64,000 nucleotides of DNA from Camelus dromedarius (Eukaryota): NCBI RefSeq assembly GCF_036321535.1, contig NC_087436.1, forward strand, positions 45,324,001-45,388,000, read 5' to 3'. Each line of letters begins with the position of its first letter. The first letter of the stretch is position 1. Both the position numbers and the translations under genes were made by a program. The notes beneath the pieces were generated by a model. It was given only the letters and a program-made list of their open reading frames with translations. It had not been told where the DNA came from and did not search any database. Positions 12,939 through 24,650 of the stretch are shown here, piece by piece.

Positions 12939-15900
12939 AGGGGGAGGGGCTTCAGGATGGTGGAGAGGGACATGGAGCTCACCTTCCACAAAAACATCAA
13001 GAATACATCTACATGTGGAACAGTTCTCACAAAAAACCCACTGATCTGTCAGAAGATCTTATACTAGCAAAGCTACAAGAAAAATCTCCACATAACTGGG
13101 TAGGAAAAAAAGAAGAATCGGTATGTGACCTGTGCCCCAGGAGGGAGTGGTGAAAGAGGAAAAGTTCCCTCACCCTAGGGAGCCCATTACCAGTGGAGAG
13201 ATCAGCTGGGACAAAAAGGGAACTTCAAAGGCTTGGAGGAGAGCACAGCTGCTGGTTCACTGCAAGCCAAACAGGGAGAAACTGGTGAGCGGGATGCAGG
13301 CCACCTGCTGCCCTCCCCAGCCCAAGACACAAGCCTGCTGGTATGTGTGGGGGCTGGGCCCTGAAGGTCAGGCTCCAGAGGATAGATCCAGGGAGAGGAC
13401 TGGGAGGACAAGGGTTGGCTGCACGGAGACAGCCTGAAGGGGCTGGAGTGTGGGTCGAGCTGATTGGGAGTATGTGCAAGGAAGCCCAGGTCCACCATAA
13501 AAAGCCCCATTGTTAGCACATGCAAAAGAAGGGGCGGGGCCCTGCTATATTGGTCCTCTTCTTGGCTTGTTCTCTATCAGGATGGCTCTGCCTCTGGGAA
13601 TTTAGAAAGGTGCAGTCACTGGTGGGTTGCCCCCAGGTGGAGGCAGGGCCGAGGTCTGAGCCCAGCACAAGGGGCCATGAGACTCTGGAGGTGAAGCTGA
13701 GTTCTGAGCCTTGCCCTAGGGGGCTAAGGCAGCTTTGTCCCACTGAGAGCTGGTGCACAGCTGAGCCAGGTCCAGCGTTAACAGGGGGCATGCACACATG
13801 AAGGTGAGGCTGGTATTTGGACTGACCCTTTAGCCCATGGTGGATCCAGGTGCACAGCTACGCATGACTACAGCGGGTCCTGGTGACCAACTTCAATGGA
13901 TCTGCTCTAGGTTAGTGGAGCACATAACGAGCACCAGGGCAGACTGCTTGCATTCCCACGGCTGATGTGGGGCTGAGGGCAGAGCCAACAAAAGTGTACA
14001 TTGGGAGCCTGCACAACAGGTGACAGGTGACACCACAGAGGGCACTTCTTGGTGGACATCTGCAGAGAAATACTCAGTGGCTCCTCTCCCAGTGGGAGTG
14101 CTCCAATCATGCCTACCTCACACAGCAGCTCAGAAACGGATCTGGGGGCTTCTAATCCAACAACTGGGGAGCAGACCCAGCCCCCAAGAGGGCTGTGACA
14201 ACCACAGAGCGAAGAGTAGACCCCACTCTGGTCACCACAATACGAATCACACCCTCTATCCAGGGGGTAACGGCTAGCACACAGGGAGGAAAGGTGAGGA
14301 AGCCATCTATACTAAAAACAGCCCTCACAACAAAAATATTAGAAGCATGAAGGCTACACAGGACACTCCCACATAAAAACAGCCCTTCAAGACCAGAGCA
14401 GATAACTGTTACTCTCAAATTCATAGAATCAGAGAAATACAAGTTAAATGAAAAAGCAGAGGAACCACTCCCAATTAAAAGAACAAGAGAAATTCCCTAA
14501 AAGGACAAATAATGAAATAGACCTCTCCAGTCTCCCAGCTCTCAAGTTCAAAAGGAAATAATAAAAATACTGAACAAACTAAGAAAGACTATCAATAGAA
14601 ATGTGGAAGACTGTAAAAAGGAACTAGGAACTATAAAGAGGAAACAATTAAGATCAGAAAACTCATTTGCTGAGGTGATATCCCACATCAACAAAAGAAA
14701 GGACAAAATCACATGATTATCTCAATAGATGCAAAAAAAATTATTTGATAAAATTCAACATCCATTCATGATAAAAAAAAACTCTTACCAAAGTGGGTAT
14801 AAAGGGAACATACCTCAACATATTAAAAGCTGTTTATGACAAACGCACAGCCAACATAATATTCAACAGTGAAAAGTTGACAGCCTTCCTGCTAAAATCT
14901 GAAACAGTACAAAGATGCCACTCTCACAACTTCTATTTAACATAGCGTTGACAGTCCTAGTCATAACGGCCAGACAAAAAAAAAGAAAGAAAGAAAGAAA
15001 GAGGATTCAAATTGAAAGGGAAAAGGTAAAACGGTCACTAAATGCGGGTGACATATTATTTAAAGAAAACCCTAAAGACTCCACACAAAAACTACTACAG
15101 CTAATAAACAAATTCAGCAAAATAGCAGAATTCAAGATTAACATACAGAAGCCTGTTGCATTTGTTTGCACTAATAATGAAATATCAGAAGAAGAAAGTA
15201 AAAAAAAAACTTTTTAAAATTGCTTCAAAAAAATAAAATACTTAGGAATGAACCTGACCAAGGAGGTGAAAGACTTATATGCAGAGAACTACAAAACATT
15301 GGTTAAGGAAATTAAAGATGATTTAAATAAGTGGAATTATATCCCATGCCCTTGGATTGGAAGAGTTAATATTGTTAAAATTGCCATACTACCCAAAGCA
15401 ATCTACAGATTTAGTGCAATCCCTATCAAATTACCCAGAACATTTTTCACAAAACTAGAACAAATTATCCTAAAATTTATATGGAATCCTCAAAGACCCA
15501 GAATTGCTAAAGCAAACCTGAAGAAAATGAATGAAGCTGGAGGCATAACCCTCCCAAACTTCAGACTACAGAGCTACAGTAATCAAAACAGCATGGTATT
15601 GGCACAAAAACATACATATAGATCATGGAACAGAATAGAGAGCACAAAAATAAGCCCACACACTTAAAGTCAATCTACAATAAAGAAGGCAAGAATACAC
15701 AAGGGAAAGGACAATCTCTTCAATAAATGGTGCTGGGAAAACTGGACATGTAAAAGAATGAAATGGGAACATTTTCTCACACCGTATACAGAAATAAACT
15801 CAAAATGGATTAAACACCTAAATGTAAGACCAGAAACCATAAAACTACTAAAAGAAAACATAGCAAAACATTCTTTGACATAAATTGTAGCAGTATTTTT

Positions 15901-17035
15901 TTCGACCTGCTCCTAAGGCAAAGGAAACAAAAGCAAAAATAAACAAATGGGACCTAGTTAAACTTAAAAACTTTTGCACAGCAAAGAAAATCATAAAAAG
16001 ACAAAAACACAACCTACTGAATAGAAGAAAATATTAGTAAATGATATGACCAATAAGGGGTTGATACCCAACTCAGTACCAAAACAAAAAACAAACAAAC
16101 AAACAAATAACCCAATTCAAAAATGGACAGAGGATCTTAATGGACATTTTTCCAAAGAAGACATACCAGATGGCCAACAGGCACATGAAATGTGTTCAGT
16201 ATCACTAATCATCAGAGAAATGCAAATCAAATCACAATGAGATATAACCTCACAGCTGTTAGAATGGCTATCATCAAAAAGACCACAAATCACAAATGTT
16301 GGTGAAGATGCGGAGAAAGGGGAGCCCTTGTGCACTGTTGGTGGGATGTAAATTGGTACAGCCACTATAGAAAATAGCATGGAGGTTCTTCAAACAACTA
16401 AAAATAGAACTACCTACCATATGCTTCAGCAATTCTACTTCTGGGTATCTATCCAAAGAAAATGAAAATAATAATTCAAAAAGATATATGCACACCAATA
16501 TTCATAGCAGCATTATTTACAATAGCCAATATGTGGAAGCAACCTAAATGCACATCAATGGATGAGTGGATAAAGAAGATGTTATATATATATGTTATGG
16601 AATGGAATTCTTTACATAAAAAAGAATGAAACTCATTTTCAACAATATAGTTAGACCTGGAGGATATTATGCTTAGTGATGTTAAGTCAAACAGAGAAAG
16701 ACAAAAATATTGTATGCTATCACTTATAATATGGAATCTAAAAAATAAACAAACAATTGAATATAACAAAACAGAAACAGACTCACAGATACAGAGAACA
16801 AACTAGTGGGGAGAGGAAAGGGAGAGGGACTAGATAAGAGTGGGGGATTAAGATATACAAGCTACTATTTATAAAATAAATAAATAAACTACAAGGAAAT
16901 ATTACACAACACACAGAATATAGCCAATATTTAATAATAACTTTAAATGAAGTATAATCTATAAAAATATTCAATCAGTGTGTTATATACCTGAAACTAA
17001 TACACTGTTGAAAATCAACTATAATCTTTTAAAAA
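12939..17035 (+). mobile_element. Decayed L1 with 5'UTR, ORF1 N-terminus (ATG 14448), large internal gap, RT to C-terminus of ORF2 and 3'UTR
   Basis: 5' end ggggaggggcttcaggatggtgg. ORF1 MKKQRNHSQLKEQEK. ORF2 remnants [43 protein letters not shown]. Many frameshifts and stops. Confidence 0.93.
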
Positions 17036-17134
17036 GCCCCTATTTATATATGCTAAATTCCATCCAAAGTTACTAAAGTTTTCTAAATACATGCAAATTT
17101 GAAAACAAGGTATGTGAGATAACAATAGAAAACA

Positions 17135-17362
17135 TTTTTTTATTTTACTGAATTATAGTTGGTTTACAATGTTGTGTTAATTTCTGGTGTACAGAATAGT
17201 GATTCAGTTATAGATATATTCCTTTGCATATTCTTTTTCATTATAGGCTATTACAAGGTATTGAATATGGTTCCCCATGCTATACAGTAGGACCTTCTTT
17301 ATGTATTTTATATACAGTAGTATGTATCTGCAATCCTGAGCTCCCACTTTGTCCCACTACCC
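17135..17362 (-). mobile_element. Short 5'-truncated L1 3'UTR (cetartiodactyl type)
   Basis: T-tail, then atagttggtttacaatgttgtgttaatttctggtgtacag. Approximate TSD tagaaaacattttt (17126-17139) / tacaaaacaatttt (17363-17376). Confidence 0.88.
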
Positions 17363-18302
17363 TACAAAACAATTTTAGACCACAACTTCTTTGGGGAGGT
17401 TTTATTTAGTGATTAAAATGTCTTCTTTTATAATCAGAATCAGATGAATTGATTTGCAAATTAGTGGGAAAAGCCTGGCAAATCTCACAGTATGTTCAGG
17501 AGTAACTCGTGGGTATGTCCTGAATAATTATAATAATTATAATTGTAATTCCAGGCAGATGTGCTGAGGTGAACCATTTTTCCTTAGGGGCCTCTCTATG
17601 TTATGTTAATAAGTCACTTACTAGACCCAGCACATTAAAAATATAATTCTATGTAGCTTGTTAATTTACAAAAGAGAAGAAATCCCTGTGACTTCTCTGA
17701 GTCCATCAGACCTTAGAGAAAGCTAAAGAGAGAGGAATTGATGATGCAAGTCAATGACCAGTTCACTTGAATCAACTTAAAAAAAACCAACTACTTGATT
17801 ACCTCGTAAATCATCTAGCTTGTTGTTTCCAGTGAAGACTCTCAAGCTATGTTCAGCAGTTTAATAACTTGAGCCAGCAAAATAAACAGCAGAGTCTGGG
17901 TGAAAAACTTAAACGAAGGACTTCTGTTGCAGATGAGGCAGGCACAACTACTCAGTGTCTGTGCAGACTAAGTAAAGGGTTCCAGAATGAAGTAGGGGAG
18001 CAGATCAGTGCAAGACTAGATTATTCAGACTCCAACCTATTTTTATGGTGGTTTGAACCAGTTTGTTATTTAGCTTTTTTCCAACTGATTTTTTTCTATG
18101 TAGAAGATATTCAAGGTCAAGTAAAATTTCTTTTTGTTTCCTTGCTTCCAAAATAAAAGGAATTACTAAACTCCTGCAACAAGTAAACAAGAGCCCCTCA
18201 ATCTATTATTTATTGATAATGGGTATACTGATAGCTCAACATACAACTAAATTTTCAAGATCAAAACTGCAAATGAGTATACATATCCATGTATGTGAGG
18301 AT

Positions 18303-18307
18303 ACACC

Positions 18308-18339
<32 letters not shown>

Positions 18340-18356
18340 ACAAACACACACACACA
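18303..18356. repeat. Imperfect (CA)n microsatellite
   Basis: Direct read. Confidence 0.95.
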
Positions 18357-18394
18357 ATTAAATCCATCTCACTGATTTCTCTTCTGCCATGGTT

Positions 18395-18800
18395 CTACTT
18401 AACTCTTAAATTTTTATCACTAAACCTTATGCATCAGGTTTATTTATCCAAATGCCTACCAGACATCTCTTCCTAGATGTCTGACAGGCATTCAACCCAT
18501 CTGCCACTGAGCTCAACCTTCCCTTCTAAACCTGGTTTTTCTGTTCTATTCCTATTATCAGTGAAAGGTGTGAGCTATCAGTCAGATTTCTGGGGCATCC
18601 TCGACCCATAGCTTCAACTCAGCCCTTCCCCAAAGCCAGTCAGTCCGCAAAATGCTGACCACGTTACCTCCAAACTATTTTCTTCATTGTGTTCTCTTCT
18701 GTCTGTCCCGAAATCACTGTCCTACCTGATTTTCATCTTCTCTTTCCTGGATCATTGCATATCTGGATCTCTCATATACCCATGTACAGATTCAGTTCTT
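18395..18800 (+). mobile_element. L2 fragment
   Basis: atccaaatgcctaccagacatctcttcctagatgtctgacaggcattcaac; catcttctctttcctggatcattgc. Confidence 0.7.
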
Positions 18801-19284
18801 TTTTCCTTCATAATGCCTGTTATTAACTATCCTTACTTTTTTCTTCCTATGGGTTTTCCAGAATTATCTGTAGCTAGCCTCTTCATATAAACGTCTCCTA
18901 CAGACATATTTCTTCTCCTCATTCTGCTTTTTTGACTACATGCCTTTCCTTTTTGCCTGCTTTTACCTTCTTGTTTGCCTCTGCCTATTGAAATCCCACC
19001 ATTAAATCCCAACAATGCTGTAAATATCCAGAAAACCCAAACTGGAAACCATTTGTCCCTCTTTTAAGTTCCTGTTGTAATTCTTGTCAGTTCTAATGAT
19101 TCTCAGTCCTAAAGTATGAAGATCGCATTCCTAAGTCAAAAAAAAAAAAAAAAGATTTTTACCAACTTCTCTTGCTTTGATGAGATGGGGAGAAAAAGAA
19201 CCAGGGTAAGTTTTCCATCCTGAGTGCGAAAGTGGAATGTCATTGGTGGGAACTGGACTCCTTTGAAGGAAAGGGCCGTGGCCA

Positions 19285-19695
19285 TTTAGCACGTCCCAGC
19301 ATGTGCCAGAGGACACTAGTTATGTGAGAGCCTGTATGAAAATGCTTCTCTGTATTCATTCAGTGATATTGAAGTTCTCTCTGTGTGCTAGGTAGTGAAC
19401 AAGAGAGACACAGCCCTACTCTCAGGGACCCACAGAAGATTCCACAGTCTCATAACGGTTGGGAAACTGCATTTAAACTGCACTCAGTGACAGCTTCTAC
19501 AGGTTCCCAGTGGACACTATCATATAAAAGCCTCTGAAAAGTCCCACCATTAGGAGAAAACACATCACTTTCTATTTAGTGCTATTGCCTGAACTAATTT
19601 GGCCACAGAATCCCTCCTCTGCTTTTTTTCTGGCAGTATCTATTAATACCCCATGCATCTAGAACTCTGTGGAAGAGATACATGGGGAATGCTGT
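19285..19695. mobile_element. hAT-Charlie-like MITE remnant with embedded L2 tail
   Basis: Ends agcacgtcccagcatgtgcc...gacactagtt and gatacatggggaatgctg resemble Charlie-group TIRs; L2-like tail at ~19350-19430. Confidence 0.4.
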
Positions 19696-21159
19696 ATAAG
19701 AGCAACCCAAATGCAGACCAGGAAATTCTGAACCTTTGAGAGAAGAGAATGTTCTTATATACTTGGGAGATATGCATGGAGGGGAACTCTGAGAACAACT
19801 GAAAATCCTACATAACTCATTGAGAATGAGTGTTGAGGGGTTTTAGTGGTGTGGGCAGGAAAACATTCCAAAGGTTCCTTCCAGTCCTTTGAAGTGGTTT
19901 TCCTCAGACCCTGAGGGACAGACCAGACAGTAGGAAAAGTGACTGTTAAGTTTCTCAAACTTTTGCCTCCTAAGCCTCACTAGAACTCTGTCCCCAGTGA
20001 GAAGGTATGGTTCTTGTTGCTAAGGAACTCTAAACTGACTCTGCCATCTTCTCCAACTCTCCATTTGCCTCTGAATTTTGCAGGAAAGACACTCTGATAG
20101 TCGTCTCCTCTCTGTGAAGTTCAAGTCTTGGTTGTATTTGCAGAAATCAAGTAATTTTTGTTACTGCTGAGTGCACTCACATTTAGTTTGCTTGGTATAT
20201 CCCATACTGCATATACTCAAACCTGGAGTTAATTTTACAGTAAGGCAGAAGAGTTGGAAAACTATAATCTTGACTGTATATATGAAATGTATTACTATGG
20301 TGGCATTTGGAATTGCATGAGCATCAAATATTATGAAGTTCACTCTAAAATACGAGAAAATGGTGCTGCTCCCTGTGAACTCAGCTCTTGTGGCCTTTGT
20401 CTGCACTCTGTAGATGAGAGCCCCCCAGAGGCCTACATTGTCAAAATGTTATTCACAGGCTTGAAAGAAAACAATGCACTTTTCTCATCTGCTTGAAATA
20501 TTTCATAACAAGGAAAACAAAAAGTATTCCATTGAGCCTAAGTGAGGTTATTGAGTACGTGCCAGAACCGTTCCAAAACCGTGCGTGCAGAACTGGCTGT
20601 GCACCCTGTGTAATGTGAGAGCCTCAACTGCCAGCAATGAAAACAGACAAACTCGGGGACACCAGTCCGCCATGAGAGCCTGACTGAGCGGTGGCCTTCC
20701 CTGCCAGTCTTGTTGTCACTCAGTATTTCTGAGTATTTTCTCAACCAAGACATCTAAGTTTCAGAATGTCAGCTCTCAAGTATTTATTTTACTGTAAAAT
20801 TAACTCATACGGCAAAATAATCCAAAGAATTGGAATAAATACTATATATTTCAGTATGTAGTAAATTTTATACTTATAAAATATATACCAGAAACTTATT
20901 AATGGAACCACATTCCATAGTTTTTGGCCTTCCTGTAGAGTACAGAATTTTTATAAAATATTTTGATAGCTTTACTCAGATGCAGTTTCTATAGTTTTCA
21001 CAACCCAAGAAGCAGTTTTAAACTCTTAGCAATAATCATTTAAAAGTTTTGACTTGTTTTCACTTTATACTAACAGATTTTTAGAATCTCTTTACAGTAG
21101 GTATTCTTCAGAGTATTATGCCTTTTCCTCTACCAAATTGCAAACACCTTTACAAATCC

Positions 21160-22270
21160 TCTTATTGTTAGTGAGGCTCAGAGAAATAGATGCTTTCATT
21201 CATTGTTTGTGGAAACATAATTTGGGACATATTTCTGACAGTCAGTTTGGGCACACACACATACATATGTGCATGCACATGTGTTAGATATGTGTAGATG
21301 TGTGTATGTATCCACATACATGCATGCATTCATACATATGTACTTTGAGCCAATTTCCTAAGAATTTTCCTATAGAAATATTTTAGAAAATAATATATAT
21401 AGTTTTTTATAACATTGTTTGTTACATTTTATAGGTGTTTATAGGTAATAAAGTAGAAGCAATTTAAGTGCCCAAATCTAATGAAAAAGTTGAATAAATT
21501 ATGTTATATTCATACAATGGACCCTCATGTATCCATTAAATAATTTATGGAAGAGTATCAAATGACATGTTAACGTGTTGATATATTGTAAAAACATGTT
21601 ACACATAATAATGCCACGTTTATCTGTGTCCAGAAGAAAAAAACTAGAATATCTGCCTAAATATTAACAATGACTATACTTGAGTGATGGACTTATAAAT
21701 GGATTTTTTTCCCTTATAATTTTCTGTTTACTAAGTTTTCTGCAGTGAATGTATCTTATTTAGAAAATACTTAAACAAAATAAATGTTACATGTTTCTTG
21801 ATATATTCATACCCTTTGACCCAGCAATTCTATTTTTTGGACTACATCCTAACATAAGGAAATAAACAGCTACACACTTACAGATGTACTTACAGCTATG
21901 TTCTTTCTGACTTGTTTATAGTAATAAAAACTGGAAGCTACTCAAATGTCCAACATTAGGGAATTGGTTTTTTAAAAATAACAGTGCATTCATTCAGTAG
22001 AATATTGCACAATCTTTAAAATCAGATTCTTGAAAGTATTTAAGAATAAATGGAACTGCTTAAAATATATTAAGTTAAGTGGTATATGGATAAAGAGATA
22101 CATGGGCCTAATATAATTACAATTTTGATTACCCTCCAAAATAGTAGAATATACATTAACATGTTGATAGGGGTTACCTGTGGGTGGTAAAATTATTTAT
22201 AGAACTTTGATTTTCCTTTTTACAATTTTCCATGCTTTCAACAATTGTAATTTTTATAAACAGAAAAAAT
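21160..22270 (+). mobile_element. Two tandem, highly decayed L1ME-type 3' fragments
   Basis: ataccctttgacccagcaattcta; aactggaagctactcaaatgtccaacattaggga; ataaattatgttatattcatacaatgg. Alternating purine/pyrimidine tract at 21250-21345. Confidence 0.7.
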
Positions 22271-23554
22271 ATGTAAACAATGAAATTTGTTTTATTGCTA
22301 GTAATATTAAGGTACAATATATGAATATGATTCCTCCAAATATTTTTTCAAGCTATCATTTCTACTCAATTTATTACTCTACCACACAATGAGATAAGAA
22401 TGTTTAAATATTTTATTTTAGTCCCTGGGTCTCTCTGGCAAATAATAGAAAGCATTTGACCAAAAGATTTGCTTTGCTCTATAAGATTCTTAAAACAACA
22501 CAGGAAAGGGATATTCAGAGAGCTGGCCCCAGACTCTGAACAGTGACATAAGGTTTCTTAATCATTTACTTGTTCTGAATGTAAGTAGGCAAAGGTCAAA
22601 GCAGTTTCAAGTTCATTGGTACCTCAAGTGTAGCCTTGCTCTCTGATCCAAGGACCACACTCAAGGAATGAAGGTTTTTTGAGTTCATTAAGAGAGTTTT
22701 TGCCTTTAACATAGCTCTAGTGATAGCCTCTGACTAACTGACAAGGCAAGTAACCATTTGGCTAGACTCAGGAAATGCAGGTATGTATATACATATATAC
22801 TTGGAGGACTGTGTGTGTGGGGGGGAGATATTTTTCTGTCCTTAATTACTTAATATATCTTTTATCTCACAAAAGGCTTAGTGTAACCATTGTATATTGC
22901 GTGATAGACAATAAGCCCAAAGACTTATCCATGTGCTACCACTGATGCATAGACCCAATGAGTATTTATTGAAAGCCTATCTGTAAAACATAGTTCTGGC
23001 CACATGAGATACAGACATAGTCCTGCCTTCCTTTCTAAGTGAAGACACAAAGACAATTCCATGGATTTTACATACTCTTTCAATGTCTCCTCTCCAATAA
23101 AACAGACAAAATCATAATTAATATTTACTGATTTTCACTTAAATTTAGTATAATATCATTCTAAAAATTCAGTTTAAAATCATTGCCATGTAGCCCAAGA
23201 ATACACCAGTAAAATTTACCAAACACATCCATTTTAAAAATTTGAGATAGCTTATGTAAATATTAAGGATAGAATGCAGTACATTATGGTTTTTCCTGAT
23301 GGAATTTAAGACTTACACTGATTTTTTTGGACTCCATGCAGCTCATTCAATACTTTCAAGTTTTGTGACAGACTTTGAAAGTACAGCAGGGCAAAAATTT
23401 TTGCTTCCCAACGTGAACAGGCTGAACTGAAACCGAGTTGAGATAAAGATCAGACCGTCGAAATAATTGAACGGTGGAAAGTAAAAAGGAAAGGAAAAGA
23501 AACGGAAAGCACATATATGAACTTAGGAGAAACAAAGCAAAAATTAATATTTAC

Positions 23555-24183
23555 TTGACTTGTCCTTTCTCCACGTATGTCGTTCTATAAAACCCCACGA
23601 GCGAGCCGTTCAGCGAGCCAGCGAACTCCATTGTCAGATGGTAGAGACCCTCGGCACTGCTGGGTGCAAGCTCTCCTTCTGCCTCCACCACCACATACTC
23701 CTGCTTTTTGTATTCAAAGCACCGCCGGACTTGGACTTGCTCCCCAGAGTGCCTCCTCAGCACTGGGAGCTGGGTGATCCTTGTCTCCCGGATATGCAGC
23801 CATAGGTGCTGGGTGGGCGAGCTCACATTGATGGAGATATGCACGCTGCCCGTGTACTTGTCCTCCTCCAACAGGGGCTTCACCTCCAGGTCGTAGTGCA
23901 CTGGATTGATGAAGTCTGGCAGCCTGAAATCTTTCCAGCCTCCACTTTCATCTTCACTGGCAGGGCAGACCTCCTCCTGGTCCTGTGGAGGGCTCGGAGT
24001 GGAAGGAAGGTGGGAAGGAGGTTGGGTTGTGCCCTGTCCTCTGTCGGTAGAGTCACACGATCTGGTCAAGCCCACGGAAAGCCCTACTATTAATCCGACA
24101 GCCACCACCACTGCACAGATGATGGCCACATGTTTTGTTTTAATGCAGTATCTCTTAGAGCTTTCTCCCTCTTCAAAGTTCAT
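23555..24183 (-). CDS. ENPEP: Glutamyl aminopeptidase (aminopeptidase A), coding exon 1: cytoplasmic tail, type II signal anchor, stalk, start of M1 N-terminal domain
   Basis: Translation MNFEEGESSKRYCIKTKHVAIICAVVVAVGLIVGLSVGLTRSCD...FRLPDFINPVHYDLEVKP...GSLVGFYRTTYVEKGQV matches mammalian ENPEP. Donor GTCAA|gtaaat at 23555/23554; 629 nt, phase 2. Confidence 0.98.
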
Positions 24184-24650
24184 TTTTTGTTTCCAAAGTC
24201 AAATGTTACACATAAAAGGATGTTAAATTTAACTAACTAACGTCAGCAGTCTTCCTTTTTAAATTGGAAGGAATTCCCTGGTTTGGCAGCCTGCTTCTGC
24301 TTTCCCACACCTCTCTCTGGCTTCTTGCGTCTTTTCCTCTCCCTGCACGTTCCCACCAGCCACTTAAGGATGAATGTGGAAACAAGGGGGTGGGGTAAGG
24401 ACTCCAGAAGAGGAGCTGAGCTGGAGGAGGAGGACTGAAGAGAATATTGTCGTGGCTCCCCTTATAAACAACGCATCCCCCACTCCACCCCTCCTGCACC
24501 GGAGTGAGTTAAATATAAAACAGGGCTTAGCTTATCAGCCAACAGGAGGGTAATCCTTTGCCAAAGCTCCGTCAGCAGCTTTCAGGGAGAAAGCATTTGG
24601 GAAAGAGGTGTGCTTGTGATAGAAAAACTCAACCTTTGCCACTGAGTCTA
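24184..24650 (-). promoter_or_regulatory. ENPEP: ENPEP 5'UTR and proximal promoter
   Basis: TE-free, GC/CpG-raised segment. TATA-like TTTATAAG (minus) 24468-24461; CACCC boxes ~24477-24491; HNF1-like GTTAAATATAAAA 24508-24520; GATA (CTTATC) 24531-24536; palindrome GTTAAATTTAAC 24222-24233. TSS near 24435 is inferred only from TATA spacing. Confidence 0.65.
24199..24213 (-). other. Upstream ORF (M-C-N-I-stop) in the ENPEP 5'UTR
   Basis: Minus strand reads ATG TGT AAC ATT TGA, ending 15 nt before the main ATG. Translation is not demonstrated. Confidence 0.55.

Noticed and set aside
13132..14442. Cluster of overlapping GC-rich ORFs suggesting a nested gene
   Set aside because: All lie in the L1 5'UTR, where high GC lowers stop frequency; CpGs are decayed, so an active promoter is also unlikely.
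14915..16500. Reverse-transcriptase ORFs as an active retroelement or novel RT system
   Set aside because: Ordinary L1 ORF2 remnants with many frameshifts and stops and no endonuclease.
23551..24183. 210-aa ORF as a complete, truncated ENPEP or a pseudogene
   Set aside because: The TAA lies in the intron just after the donor (AA|gtaa); exons 2 and 3 continue in the correct phase.
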